DNA of 63,815 bases, filler included, from Reticulomyxa filosa (GCA_000512085.1; 27 parts of 27 records of this genome joined end to end with filler, not necessarily neighbours in it); one strand, 5' to 3'. Positions 12,270 through 25,519 are shown, numbered from the whole stretch's first letter. Notes: generated from the letters alone by a model not told the origin. A program made the numbers and translations.

Positions 12270-12803
12270 TGGCACTCAACGGTGAATATACCCGATGAAT
12301 TTGAGCATTCAATTTAACGCACTCTCTACTTTCGATTATTGGGCACTCTTCAAATTGATGCTCTCCACCACAATTGAGGCAACCCTAAAAAAAAAACAAA
12401 AAAAAAAACATGACCGTTACACATCGAACAAGTTCGTAATGCTACTGCTGTTCTCAATTTTATTTTTTTTTTATGAGCATATTTTTGAGTAATAAAAAAA
12501 AAAAAAAAAGCATACTTCAAGATTCATTTTTTCAAATGTCCGACTTGCAGGAAGTGGAAGCAAATTATGCAACATACAGTAATCGGAAATAGTCGTGGAA
12601 ATCTCATATTCATCTCTGCTGCCTATCTTATCGACATGAAAGCGGCTGGATTGCTTTGCAACCGGTACTGTTTGGTCAGCAGGCTTTTTTACCTCGTCTT
12701 GGACACGTGGAGGATTATTCTGCTCTTTCTTGGCTTTCGAGTCATTCAAACGTGATATTGAATCAAAAAAATCGTAAAAGAAACAAAACTTTGTCATCTT
12801 CAA
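12270..12803 (-). CDS. CCHC zinc-knuckle protein, 5' part (possibly ZCCHC8-like)
   Basis: Exon starting at 12384 reads GCLNCGGEHQFEECP; an upstream exon contains FHVDKIG. Confidence 0.5.
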
Positions 12804-13287
12804 ATGTATTATATATTAGAATTTTTTTTAGTTTGTGCTTCAGTTCAACAACAGCTTTTCTGTTTGCGTGCTTTCTACTCACCTTAGGATTGCAACGAAA
12901 GAGTAAAAAGCTGGCTGACTTACCCCAAAAAGGGGATGGAGAACATGATCCAAATAGAAAGTGCAGTGTTTTACGTCGATTTAAGCTAAATGATGAATAT
13001 CTTTGCTCGACACACGACAAGATCACACATCCACTGGTGGGCTATATCATCTCGGGCTTATGCTGTGAAAGTATCTCCTGCACGACTTCGTACGAGGCGT
13101 CGTACTGGTTTGCGACCTGCAGAAAAAGTGGCTGAAAATAACGACGAAGAAACAAGTCGGTGTACATTTGGGTCCGTCAAAAAAAAANNNNNNNNNNNNN
13201 NNNNNNNNNNNNNNNNNNNNNNNNNNNNNNNTTAATTAATTAANNNNNNNNNNNNNNNNNNNNNNNNNNNNNNNNNNNNNNNNNNNN

Positions 13288-15081
13288 ATACGTGGTATCA
13301 GAAGCATACCAATCATCAATCAAATGGTATCCAATGAGAATATGTATGACAAAATGTTTACAATGAATATTTCCACATATACATCTGAAATATCGTCGAC
13401 ATCACAATCATTAACATACAAATCAATATCGTACAGGTATATAACAATAATAGAAAGAGCTAATAAAAAAAAATGTTCATGAAAAAAAAGGGAGGTTTAC
13501 GTATAGCAAGAGATAGTAATGGGGAGGATAGATTGTATATATGATAGATTTAATTTAAACTGGATTTCTTTCAAACAAACAAAATACAGTGTATTTGCAA
13601 GTGTGGTTGTAATCGTGATGAAAAGCACACTACCGTCGAATGGATTGTGCAAATGGGTTGGACAGACAGGAGCGAATAGATCATTTGATGAATTGTCTGT
13701 GACCACGTTGACTATCAATAATATGTGCAGCCGCAGCAATCCTTTACTTCCAATGTATCATGCTCTAATAAAAAAAAATTTGATATTCCAAATTTATGCA
13801 AAAGCCACGCACACGTCCAAGCTATTGTTGCCAATACTCACAAGTTCGTCATGAACCAACAATTCGATATTCGCCAAGTCACAGTCCTATCAGCGAGCAA
13901 CATTTTTGAAATGTTGTTTGATACGTCAATGTTAGTTTCATTTTTTTTTTTTTTACTACTTTTTTTTCTTTTTAAAACAAACAAAAAAAATTTATATAGA
14001 TCGTACAATGTGGCGCAAAAATGGAATATGGACGATATGAGCAAAAATGGATGACAATGACGGCAAGGACGACTTTGGCAAATGGCCCCACCAACTGCAA
14101 TTGCTGGTGCAAATTTTAATGAGAGTCCGTCGCCATCATGGATCAGCACCTGCCTTTAAGGTGGAAGAAGCGCTGTTGGCGCAAAGAAGGATATATACAA
14201 TACACAACTGACGAGCAGTTAAATTGCAAGTCAGTGGTGATGTAAATCCTTTTTTGTACAGCAGATCTACTTTCACCAAGGCTTGGTCTATCCAATGGCA
14301 CTTACTCTATCACTCCACATCGCACTCAGTTGATCGCATTGATCGCACTGCCCACTTGCTCGTCCACAAACTGATCCTGCTCCTATTCAATTGACAATAG
14401 CTCAAATTTTTGTGGGGAATTTCGTTGATAATCCCAGAGCAAACTCAGAGCGCACTCCAAATCAAAACTTGACGCATGTTGTCATGTCAAGTTATTTTTA
14501 TGTTTTATTTTGTTGTAATAACATACAAATATGCTTTTGATGTCATGTGTATAGATTGAAAAAAATGGAGCAGCGATTGTGCAAATGGTTGGATGAATTG
14601 AATGAAAAGAAAAAAGAACACGGGGCAGAAACCACTCCGTCTCCGAAAGGAGAAATAAAGGTTTGTTCTATCTATCTTTTTTTTAAATATGTTTAAGTGT
14701 TGTATTGTTTGTTGTATGACATAGGTTCCCCCGCCCGCAAAGATCGTTACAAATATATACACTACCTTCATACAAAAGAAAAAAAAAAGAATAAGGGGTC
14801 GCAATCTACCCCTGTATCCTCAATGAGGAATAATGGTTTGTGATATTTATATTCGTTTATATATACATAGATATTCTTTTGTTATATAATATTGTGTTTG
14901 TGATTCAATAGATTCCCCCTGCAAAGAAAAAACATATGTACATATATATATTTATTTATTTACATAACTTAAAAAAAAGGATTGTGAGTGTCTGTACAGC
15001 AATAGGAATGGAGATGGGGTCCAAATAACAGTTATAAATATATTTTTTAATCTTTCTTTAAAAAATTATAAAATATAACTT
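13288..15081 (+). repeat. Degenerate multi-copy intron-containing gene family, copy A
   Basis: Shares blocks with 25520-26921 and 37801-39026 (GGGAGGTTTACGTATAGCAAGAGA, AGTCAGTGGTGAT..AATCCTTTTTTGT, ACCACTCCGTCTCCGAAAGGAGAAATAAAGGTTTGTT); stops in all frames. Confidence 0.85.
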
Positions 15082-15181
15082 NNNNNNNNNNNNNNNNNNN
15101 NNNNNNNNNNNNNNNNNNNNNNNNNTTAATTAATTAANNNNNNNNNNNNNNNNNNNNNNNNNNNNNNNNNNNNNNNNNNNN

Positions 15182-15834
15182 ATATCTACCACCATTAAAT
15201 GGTGAAAATTCAATACCACCAACCCCACGAGTGTGTCCATTGAATATTTGTAATTGCTTGTTATGTTTGTAGTCCCAAAAACGAATGGTTTTATCCCATG
15301 ATGAAGAACAAATGATATTTTGACGATAATTATGATAATGATATGATGAAAATTTCACACAATATACATGATTTGAATGTCCATTAAATGATTGGATTTG
15401 TTTGTTATTATCAATATCCCACACACGAACTGTTTTATCTGCTGCTCCAGAACAAATAAATTGTCCATTATCAAACGTTGAATAATCTATACTACATATA
15501 TTACCGGAATGTCCAGTGAATATTTTGAGTAATTTGGATGATGAACGAAAGTTGTCAAACATGAAGACAGCATATATCTATATTGATAAATATTAGAATA
15601 TTTTAATTAACACTAAATGAAAAAGAAACAAGCGTAACATAATTGACAACAAGCTTGTCAAACTCATGAATCCATCCTAATTTAATACTTAATGTTCGAA
15701 TCCAATGATGAATAATTGTCTGTACTTCTTCTTCTTTTGACTGTTTCAATCATAAAGTAAAAAGATATAAACAATAAAGAATAAAAACCTAAAGACAGCT
15801 TGAATATAACTTTTATTGATAAGCTTAAGTTCAT
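15182..15834 (-). CDS. WD40-repeat protein (5' part)
   Basis: GH...DKTVRVWD and GH...WDKTIRFWD repeats; upstream exon at 15639-15740. The 5' UTR resembles that of the 5271 paralog. Confidence 0.92.
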
Positions 15835-16111
15835 TCTTTATTTTTCTTTTGAGATGATCTTGGATGATGCAAGATAAAAAATATTTGAACTTTTTTAAGA
15901 CCAATGAAGTGTTAATGAAAATTGAGTTGAATGACGTTTGCAATTTTAAAAATAATCATCGATTATAATCACTCATTGCATGACACAATCAATATTACAA
16001 TGTTTTAATAAAAGATTACACTCTCTATTTTCTAAGTCATTTAAACAGGTGCATATGCTTCTCCCTTTTAAAAAAATCTAAACTACTTCATAATTTCTCA
16101 ACATTAACAAC

Positions 16112-17332
16112 ATGAGCAACCAACTCTTTCAAAATTTGAAGGAGTTACCCACTCCACTTTATCTATCTCAATGTGTGTCACACAAGCACGAACTCCTCAT
16201 TTGTGGAGGTTATAAACAAAGAACCTGTTATTCTTATCATACGATCAAAAACGAATACAGGTTTATCTGTGAGTATCCAAGTCATGTCCAATTATGGGGG
16301 CACTGTGTAGTGAAACTAGTAGATAACATCAATAACAAAAACAAAGACAGAAACCAAATCACTTTGTTGTCTTTTGGTGGCTCTAAACATACAAAAAGAC
16401 ATACATTAGTGATGAAGTATGTGAGTGTTTGGAGTAATATATCAAACAAATCAAATGAATGCAACAATTACAATCAATGGGTTCCTTTTACAGATAATCA
16501 CGATAATCCAATTATCATTGGAAGAAATCAAGATGATTATATTAGAGCGCATGCGTGATTGGTGGAGGCGATAGTCATTTGTTATTTATCACTTATTTCC
16601 AAAAAAACATTAGTGTATTTAATTTAAATACATTTCAATTTATTAAACATGATATTTTACCAACTGGGCATTCTATTGAATATCATTGCTTTATATCACA
16701 GTCAAAAAGTGGACAAGGACAAGAAATGATGAAAACAAATAAGCAAAATTATCAATTGCTGTTGTTTAAATGTAATATAGGATTATCAATTGAATATGAT
16801 AAAGATAACAATACGTTTCAATTTTATCAACTACCTGTTTGTAATGATATTGCACCATTATTTGCATATGCATATGTTTGTGTCAATGATGTCATTTTCT
16901 TCTTTGGTGGATATGGTAATGGCATTTATTCAAAATTAGTGCACAAGTATTCAATTGAAGAAAATAAATGGACGACATTTCAAAACACTTTATCCAGTCA
17001 ATTGTGCCATTGTATTGCAATATTGAGTGAAGAAGACAATCATATACACATTATTGGAGGACTAGATGATAAAAATACAACAGTATCAACTCACATGAAG
17101 ACTAAAGTGCGTGCATGGGATCTTTCACTGTTGGTAATAATTTATTTATTTATTTCTTTTGGTGAAGCGCAAATAAATTTCATTGTATGAAAATGATTAA
17201 TAAATAAATAATGAACAGTCAAAAAATGAATTAAAATTTTTTATTCAATACTGGATTCGAACTTCAGAAATAAAATTTGGATGGATTGATGATTTTGACA
17301 AAATTATTTTGAAATATGGTAGGATGAAATAA
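16112..17332 (+). CDS. Kelch-repeat beta-propeller protein with one frameshift (~16555), two exons
   Basis: LLICGG, LLSFGG, VIGG, IFFFGG..W and IHIIGG Kelch motifs; last exon 17219-17332. Confidence 0.88.
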
Positions 17333-18004
17333 AGTTAATTGATTTTTCGATTAAGACGCATAATTAAATATATGTAATTCATATCATCTTTAAATATGGC
17401 TTTGATTTTTATTCCAATTTATTAATTTTTGTAAATTTTTAAAAATTTGCAAACTTCCCTTTTTGAAGTGTATTTCAACAGTACTAAGCATTCATTACAA
17501 AAAGCTATTTTATCATATAAGCCTGCTTCATATAGTCTTTCAATCTCCAGTATTTATCAGATTAACAGGAGCACATTTATATTTAAATTATTTCAAATTA
17601 GATATACATTTTGAAGAGTATTATGATAATGAAAATTTTACACAAGAAGTTTTCTAATTGACTCAACAACAAACACAAATCATATGCAATAAAAATAGAC
17701 TTCCCAAGAGATTAAAAAGAAGTCTACTAATGATAGTTACATTGACTTTTCTTTTTTCTCTTGAGATCTTCTTTAATGGATATGAAAGAAAAACAGCACG
17801 AAATAGATTACTTTCTTATGTTCAAAAAAGGTATATCAAAGTATTGTCTCGATAAAGTACTTTCGTTTTTTCAAAGGGCCATGTCACTCCCCCTTTTTTT
17901 AAAAAGTTAAAATACTTTAAAAAATTCAGCAACATTAACAACTGTGTAAATCATACTTCAACCCCCTTTCAAACTGAAGAAGTTGCCACACTTTCTGAAT
18001 TTCG

Positions 18005-18494
18005 ATACACATTGAGATAGATAAAGTAGAGTGGATAATTCCTTCAAAAATTGAAAAAATTTGGTGCTCATCTTCAATAATTTGATTTTTTGATTGAATA
18101 TCTTTTTTGAATTTTTCAATTTCGATGCTTAGATTATTCTGATGTATGTAATAAATGAATTGTTTGTGTGAATGGAAATAAGAAATAAATCATTACAGTT
18201 GTTGTTTTAAGATTAGATTTTCATCACTTATTTTTGAAATATCTTCCTTTTTGTTTTTTTTCATTCAATTCTTTTTCTGATTTCAATTGTTTAATCTCAT
18301 CCTTAAGTTGTTGGATTTCTTTGCTTTTTTCGTTATTACTTTCTTTCATCTTTTCAATTTTTGCATTACTTTTCAAGCTCATTTTTCTTAATTCTTCCTT
18401 TTTTTTTGTTTTAAAATGCTTTCCTTTGTTATTTATTTATTGCAATTATTAAAAAAACTCAAAAATAATGACAAAACTATTTGTAATTTTTCAT
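18005..18494 (-). pseudogene. Coiled-coil exons followed by a truncated Kelch-gene start
   Basis: 18005-18071 reads MSTKFFQFLKELSTLLYLSQCVS, matching MSNQLFQNLKELPTPLYLSQCVS at 16112, then similarity stops. Confidence 0.6.
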
Positions 18495-21070
18495 NNNNNN
18501 NNNNNNNNNNNNNNNNNNNNNNNNNNNNNNNNNNNNNNTTAATTAATTAANNNNNNNNNNNNNNNNNNNNNNNNNNNNNNNNNNNNNNNNNNNNCGTACC
18601 TCAAATCACTTCGTTTTGTCACTGTCTTGTAAAACAGTTCGTTCGATAATCTCGAGCCTCCCGTTTGAACGTTCAATGTCTCGCTTGCAGATTGTTCTCT
18701 GTTTGTGATTTCTTCTAATGTCTACATCATGTACAATACAGCTTTTTTTTTAGGGAAAAAAAATAATGAACAGAAAAGATATATTACCATGATGATTTTT
18801 CAGTAGTTTTTTTTTTTACTACGAAAAACTTAACCTTTCAAAAAAAAAACTAGATGATATAGTACTTTCAACAGTCTTATGAAATCTCCAAAGATACTTA
18901 ACTTGCATATTGTGCGATTGGTGGATATGCATTAGATAAAAGTTTTGGAGTTATCAGTTATCAGTACAAATTGCAAAAAAAAGACATTAACATAAAATAC
19001 ACATCTATGGACCAGATTATGTCACTAGTTTAGCTTGTGAAGTTTTTTGCCTATCGAATCAGTTGGTTGCAAGGCAGTGCTGCAAAAATTGAGTTATTGA
19101 ACTTTTTATAGGCTTATACTTTCTGATACTTATTCAATATACATCATACACTATTAAACTGTACGATAGCTAGCTTTGTATCTTTTGCTTATATGCTTAT
19201 ATTTTGTACACATTATCACATCTTTTATTTGCTTATTTCATTGTGCTAATAGCATGGTACATAATTGTAACATATTACATTCTTCGTATGCTCTGCTCAT
19301 TGTATTCATATTCCGTTATTATATAATCTATTACGTATATATTTACTTGTAGTCAACTTGTAGATTTCGACTTGATGTTGATTAATATGGCCAACCCATT
19401 CACTATGTGATAATATCTGTCATTTTCGTTGTTTTAAAAAAAATAGATGGAGTAACTTTTAACCACTTTATTAGAATTTTTTAAAAAAATAAATTATACG
19501 TAACCACAGCCATGTCCGAAATGGAAAAAATCAACACACAATACAGCAATTACCGCTTTTGTTATGATATGATATTGTGCACAGTAATGAACAACTGCTT
19601 TGCTTTTATTCAATACCAACATGATAACAATCAAACTGAATAGCACAGATATTTAATGCAAATTGTCGATCACTGGTAAATAACGCATTTGGTGAACTTG
19701 ACGTATCCAATACAGTGCCACTGTTTCTAGTAGCCAACTCAATCCTAGTTCCAACGCTAACACTAATTTTACCACATTGGGTGACTGCATTCTTTTTTCT
19801 TGNNNNNNNNNNNNNNNNNNNNNNNNNNNNNNNNNNNNNNNNNNNNTTAATTAATTAANNNNNNNNNNNNNNNNNNNNNNNNNNNNNNNNNNNNNNNNNN
19901 NNGTGGTGACTGATATTGTTGATTTTTTATACATTTTAATTTGATTAATTTTTTCCTTCGAAACCATATAACACCATCATTTGCTGAAGTCTCGTAAAAT
20001 CTGAGCGTGGTCCCAAAGGGACCCTTGGATCCCTCTGAGCTGCACAGAGGTGAACAATGCGAATATGTGATGATTACAAATATTTTGTTGGTAAATTGAT
20101 ATCATTTTGAATTGTATAAAATGTTGCAATGTTTATTTTCACCAAAACAAATTTTAAAGTAAAATTATTGCTTCAATGTTGAAGTATGAATGTTATTTGT
20201 TAGTTACTTTTTGTAACGTATTGTATCATTTAGTACTGTGTTCAATTTTGAGTGAGGTGCTTGTGTCACAATATTTTGCCTTGTTGTCAATTTAACAAAT
20301 CACATTCTTTTCATCTAAAAAAAATAATTTATGGGGACACCTCATATTCTTGCACAACATGACACCCAGCCACTCCACTGAGCGTGCTATTATATCTTCG
20401 TACAAGAGAGATTTAAAATCAAATTTTTAACATTTTGATTTCTTTATTAACTTCTCTCAAATTAGAAGTTTTTTATTATTTTATTTTGTTGGTCAAAGAG
20501 TTCTTTTGATTTTATAGTTACATATTGTGTTTTGTGTGAACAGGTTGAGTTTTGAAATGATTTTTGATTAGAGGTAAAGGCTTTGCATAGATATTGGACA
20601 ACCGACATTCACAACTTGCAACTGACCTTATTGATGCTTCCTTTTCAAATCTCTAAGTAAAAACCAACTTATTTATTTATTTATTTTGTTTCAACACTTT
20701 AATGCAAAATTGTAATGATTGAAAATTTGAGTCTTTCCTTGTGTTGTTTTGTTTTCTTTTTACGAAGCACTATGTCAATGCTTTGACGAGGTGCTTCTTC
20801 AACTTGGAAAGAAAGTTTACATTTGGCTTATAGCCATCATTTAAAAAAAAGAAAAGACGTGGCATTTTGGACATCGATATTTATAAGTGATGTCGATAAA
20901 TTTTTTTTTTTAGATGGGTTGCAGTGGGGGCGTGTCAAGTATTGGACTACTCTCTCGCTTCATCCTCAACNNNNNNNNNNNNNNNNNNNNNNNNNNNNNN
21001 NNNNNNNNNNNNNNTTAATTAATTAANNNNNNNNNNNNNNNNNNNNNNNNNNNNNNNNNNNNNNNNNNNN

Positions 21071-21111
<41 letters not shown>

Positions 21112-21149
21112 CATGTTTGTTAGCATAAGACATAAAAACAAATGAACAG

Positions 21150-21662
21150 GAAATTGTTACGTACAGTACGACTGCTGTTTGAGAAGCCGAACCGAGAGGG
21201 ATTGCTGTCGGTGGCACAAAGCAAAGGGGACAATACGATGAACGGCATTGGCGAGGAGAAGGAACAAGAGAAGGACATTCGGAACAAGCGATTTCGATTG
21301 ATCCAATTGGTCCACGAGTGGATGAGCAAAGAATTAGAGAACGACTTCAATAGCAAGCCAGAGGTGTTGCAGGAGTTGGAGCTGTTCCAAAAGGAGGTGC
21401 AAACGATTTATAAAGACAAGCCTTCATTGTTGGAAGTGTTCATTAAAAAAATTGACATCAGTTCGTTTACAAAGCATGAGTTGCATCAGACGACTGTGAG
21501 GGGTAAGCAGAAGTTCAAGCAAGTAGAAGAGGAGACTGAGGCGTTGGAGGATGCAGAGCTTGAGGAGGATATGGAAAGCCAAGAAGATGATGACAATGGT
21601 AACGAATCTCCTCCCATTCATGTCATTTCGAGTATGACATCAATAACAAGTGATACTACTAC

Positions 21663-21694
<32 letters not shown>

Positions 21695-22095
21695 CGACAA
21701 CGACGACGACGACGACAAATAGCCCATTGTCAAATCTCCCAACATTGTCCTCTGCGTCCAAGTCAGCGTCCTCATCTCTGTCCACGTCGAGCAATACCTC
21801 GGCGTCATCCCCGCCCGGACCTACGTCCCCTATGCTGCAGCCGCACAGCAGCATGCCCATTAAGAAGGACAAAGGCAACAAGCTCACATTGAGCCCTCGT
21901 CAAGACGCTGGTCGTACACGCTTTCACAGCTTTGGCACCGGCGCCGAGGCTGAAAGTCTCAACAACGCAGGCAAGCACAGCGACGCTAAAAAGTCTCTTC
22001 GAAAGCACTTTGGTACAATGGACGCGCAGGAGTTGGCCACGCGTGCCATTAATCTCGAAGACGATGATAATGATAATGACAATGACAATGACGAT
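21150..22095 (+). CDS. RasGEF-like protein, internal exon (REM domain and low-complexity linker)
   Basis: RFRLIQLVHEWMSKELENDFNSKPEVLQELELF resembles a REM motif; MDAQELATR resembles the CDC25 start. Confidence 0.65.
21655..21717 (+). repeat. (ACG)n coding microsatellite, poly-Thr
   Basis: About 20 near-perfect ACG/ACT/ACA units. Confidence 0.9.
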
Positions 22096-22329
22096 NNNNN
22101 NNNNNNNNNNNNNNNNNNNNNNNNNNNNNNNNNNNNNNNTTAATTAATTAANNNNNNNNNNNNNNNNNNNNNNNNNNNNNNNNNNNNNNNNNNNNATATA
22201 TATGTATACGTATATTGTATAATGTATTTGTGTTTTTTGTTTGTTTGAAAAGTGTACAGAGAACGTAAAAATCTGCATATGCTTTACAAGATGTAACAAC
22301 AGTACGCCACATGCACATGTACAAGTTAC

Positions 22330-22608
22330 CAAAGCCTCCCATTGCGCCAATACAAAGAACAGGACGTAGATGATGATCAATTTGGTTTGCAGAAATGCTC
22401 CTTTGAAGTCTACTGCGTAAGTAAACAGATTGAATGAAGAGTCTGATAGAAAATTGACCATCACAAAGTTAAACAAAACGAGCACCAGCAACATCACGTG
22501 GCAATACTTCAACAGTTCGTCAACACGAGAAAGTGGAATGCCCATCACAAATGTTTCAAATTGACAGTTTTATATACCACAATTGCAAGTCCTCTTCAAC
22601 GACTCCAT
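22330..22608 (-). CDS. Hypothetical membrane protein, 5' exons
   Basis: Two hydrophobic segments and a GT donor after QWEAL. Confidence 0.4.
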
Positions 22609-23924
22609 TTTAGCGTTTTGTTCTTTTCTGTTTTGAATGATACTTTTTTTTATAACTTGTCTTTAGTATATTATTATTTTTTCTAACATTTTGTGATCCT
22701 TTTTTCAGCTTTCTCGAGGCCAACGCATTTTCGTAACTCAATATCGCAACAACTCATAGTAATCTTTCCATCATTTGATTATATTTGCCATCATATACAC
22801 AAAGATGCGAGTTCAACCCATTGAGACTTTCATTCACTTTATTTGAATAAAAAACAGCATCTGCAAACTTATGCAACTTAACAGCATCAGAAATTTCATT
22901 ACTGAGATTATAATCGTCAAACTTGTAGTTGTTTGTGCGGCTCGGAGCGAGATACCAGATCCGTTTTAGATTAATCTTGGGTCTTGTGTCATTTTCTGTT
23001 ATCTTTTATTATTTACTCGTATTACGATGTATTTCAATGAGGCAGCACCTCTTAACTAAAATCACAATATCAACAAAAAATTTTGTTTTATTTTACACTC
23101 AGTGAGTATATTTTAATTTACATTCTTCATAAAATTAATTTATAACTATGTACAAATGTTCTTGTAGTGATGAAGTAACTATTCGATTGATGGTACATGT
23201 ATAAAAACTAAATGAAAACGGACGATTATGACTAGACTCTCGACAAAGTCTGGTGGCGGCTCAAATGCCATTGGAATTTGTGTAAAAGTGCGAGCTGCAA
23301 ATCAAGCCCATGAGTGTCACCTTGGATCACTTGACGCTGTTGATACATAGCCTGTATTACGCATCGCTATCATTTTGGTAAAATCGTCCATACGTAGAAT
23401 AAAGTTTTACTCGATACAGTTGGGATTTCAAAAGATAAAACAAAAACCCACTCGTTGAGTACTACCAGGTCCGCGCTATCGCGACTCAATAACTCCTTTC
23501 CATTTGCGAGAAAACTCAATTATATGTCGCTTTTGAAAATTACTGAAAAAAGCAAAGTAAGACAAAAACAAAAAGAAAAAGTTAGTTCGGGCGGCGCCAC
23601 GATGTTCATGAAGGCGCTNNNNNNNNNNNNNNNNNNNNNNNNNNNNNNNNNNNNNNNNNNNNTTAATTAATTAANNNNNNNNNNNNNNNNNNNNNNNNNN
23701 NNNNNNNNNNNNNNNNNNCTCTTTTTGCATTGGATACTGCTTGTGTGTTTCTCTGGCATTAAAATGGCGTGTTTAATAAGTTGAAATTGATCTAATTGAA
23801 ATACATCAATATTATCAATAGGGGGACATTTTAATCACAAACAAAATCGTGATTATCAGTATAGCAGACAAAGTATGTATCAACATCAAGAATACAAATA
23901 CCACAATAATAAAAATAACAAAGA

Positions 23925-24010
23925 TATTAGATAGACACATTGATATAACAACAGTAGCTATTTCTCCTAATGGTAATACATTCTTCTGGCAATACACGAC
24001 GATAAAATGA
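23925..24010 (+). pseudogene. WD40 remnant
   Basis: ILDRHIDITTVAISPNGNTFF resembles L.GH...V..VA.SPNG. Confidence 0.45.
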
Positions 24011-24639
24011 GGCCAATTTTTACAATTGACATTACATTACTTTCAAGGAGTAGAGAAGGAAGCGCTACGACTGCAAATAGCAGGAAATGAGTTGAACATT
24101 ATGGACAAAGTGGAAAACCAAAATATGGAAATGGACATTGTATTTTGCAATACAGCATTGGATATATTCGCCAATAATGACAATCGTGGTTTGGCAAAAA
24201 AGTATTTTGAAAAGGTGATTTCAGCAAAACAATAATAGCAATAATAATAATAAATTAATCCCGAGTGACGAAATCCTAAATATAATGATAAATTCATGCA
24301 AACACGAAGGCTTGATAAAAAAATTGTAATATACTCATGTAATGTCTTTTTTCATTTTTAATCAAAAATTTTCAATTTCTTTATTAACATTTACATTTTT
24401 GAAGCTAGAATTGAAGAGAATACAAACTGTATCACCGAACGATTATCAAAAAGTATTTTCACTTGATAACAAAAATGATAAGTTTTATTTTGGAAGAAGT
24501 GATGTTCAGTTTTGTAATCGCTTTGATGCGGGATTTAGTGTACGTGAGTTCTCTCAGATGGTCTCGAGTGCACACACTCCAACAAATGGTATTTACTTTG
24601 GTCACGTTGAGTGTTTGGTTGTAAAGTCACCACAAATGG

Positions 24640-24870
24640 AATTTTACAATGAAACTGATCAATTTTGGGTGGATTTTTGCTGTATATTGTGCGCCCGAGT
24701 ATCGTGAGAAGGTTTTGTCATCACAAATGATTCGAAAAGCAATGCAACACTTGAGCACTTTTGTTGCGTATGTGTACGTATTGATTGTCACTAGCAATGA
24801 CTGTGCTTTTAATTGTTTCAAAAAATCTGGCTTTTGCCACCTCAAATTTGTGGGCGAAAAAGGAATTTAG
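24640..24870 (+). pseudogene. GNAT N-acetyltransferase-like remnant
   Basis: GWIFAVYCAPEYREKVLSSQMIRKA (motif A-like) and SNDCAFNCFKKSGF (motif B-like). Confidence 0.6.
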
Positions 24871-25519
24871 GTTAATGAATTGCTTACTAAGTGATAAACC
24901 ATCTTCTTAGGACTCTCATTTCTAAAACGATTGTTGTTGACAATGCATTCATTTTTCTGGCACTCTTTTTATTTGATGGATGCGTATTTGCACTTATTTT
25001 TGTTCTAGCTAAGATTTTTTTGTACATCAATAAACTTGGCATTTCTATACATTGTATGACCTTCATTTAACATTTTATAAATGTATTCGTTCGCCACAAA
25101 TTCTTTTTGCTTTTCTCTTAAAGTGGCTTTATTGCTCATTTGATATCCTTCCATTTCAATGTACCTGGTAAGAAAGGGACCAAACGGAGGAGAAAAGATT
25201 GAGTGCAAAGCTTGGCTACTTCGACTGCAAAATGAAGCCATCGTTGGTATATGAAATTATATTGGTAATACTGCACGTCTTAACTGCAGTTTTGGTTGTA
25301 TCAAATGCAAGCATTGTGGCCAAAGAAAACGCAAACGAAAACAATCCAATATATTCAAATAATCAAGACCATATGTATACATTAATAATATCATTGAATA
25401 AATTAGCCAATCAATCTGTCAGCCAAATGTGGAAATCAGAAACATTGAAATGCGTGCAATGTCCACAAGGCTGTAACAATATTACAGAAATATCACCAGT
25501 GCAATTGAAAAACGCAAGT

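Noticed and set aside
19640-19802. CAP-Gly-like fragment on the minus strand (VGTRIELATRNSGTV)
   Set aside because: Too short and lacks the GKNDG core.
23440-23510. snRNA-like hairpin (TTGAGT...CGCG CTAT CGCG ACTCAA)
   Set aside because: No convincing match to U snRNA motifs; the minus strand reads like an exon with a GT donor.
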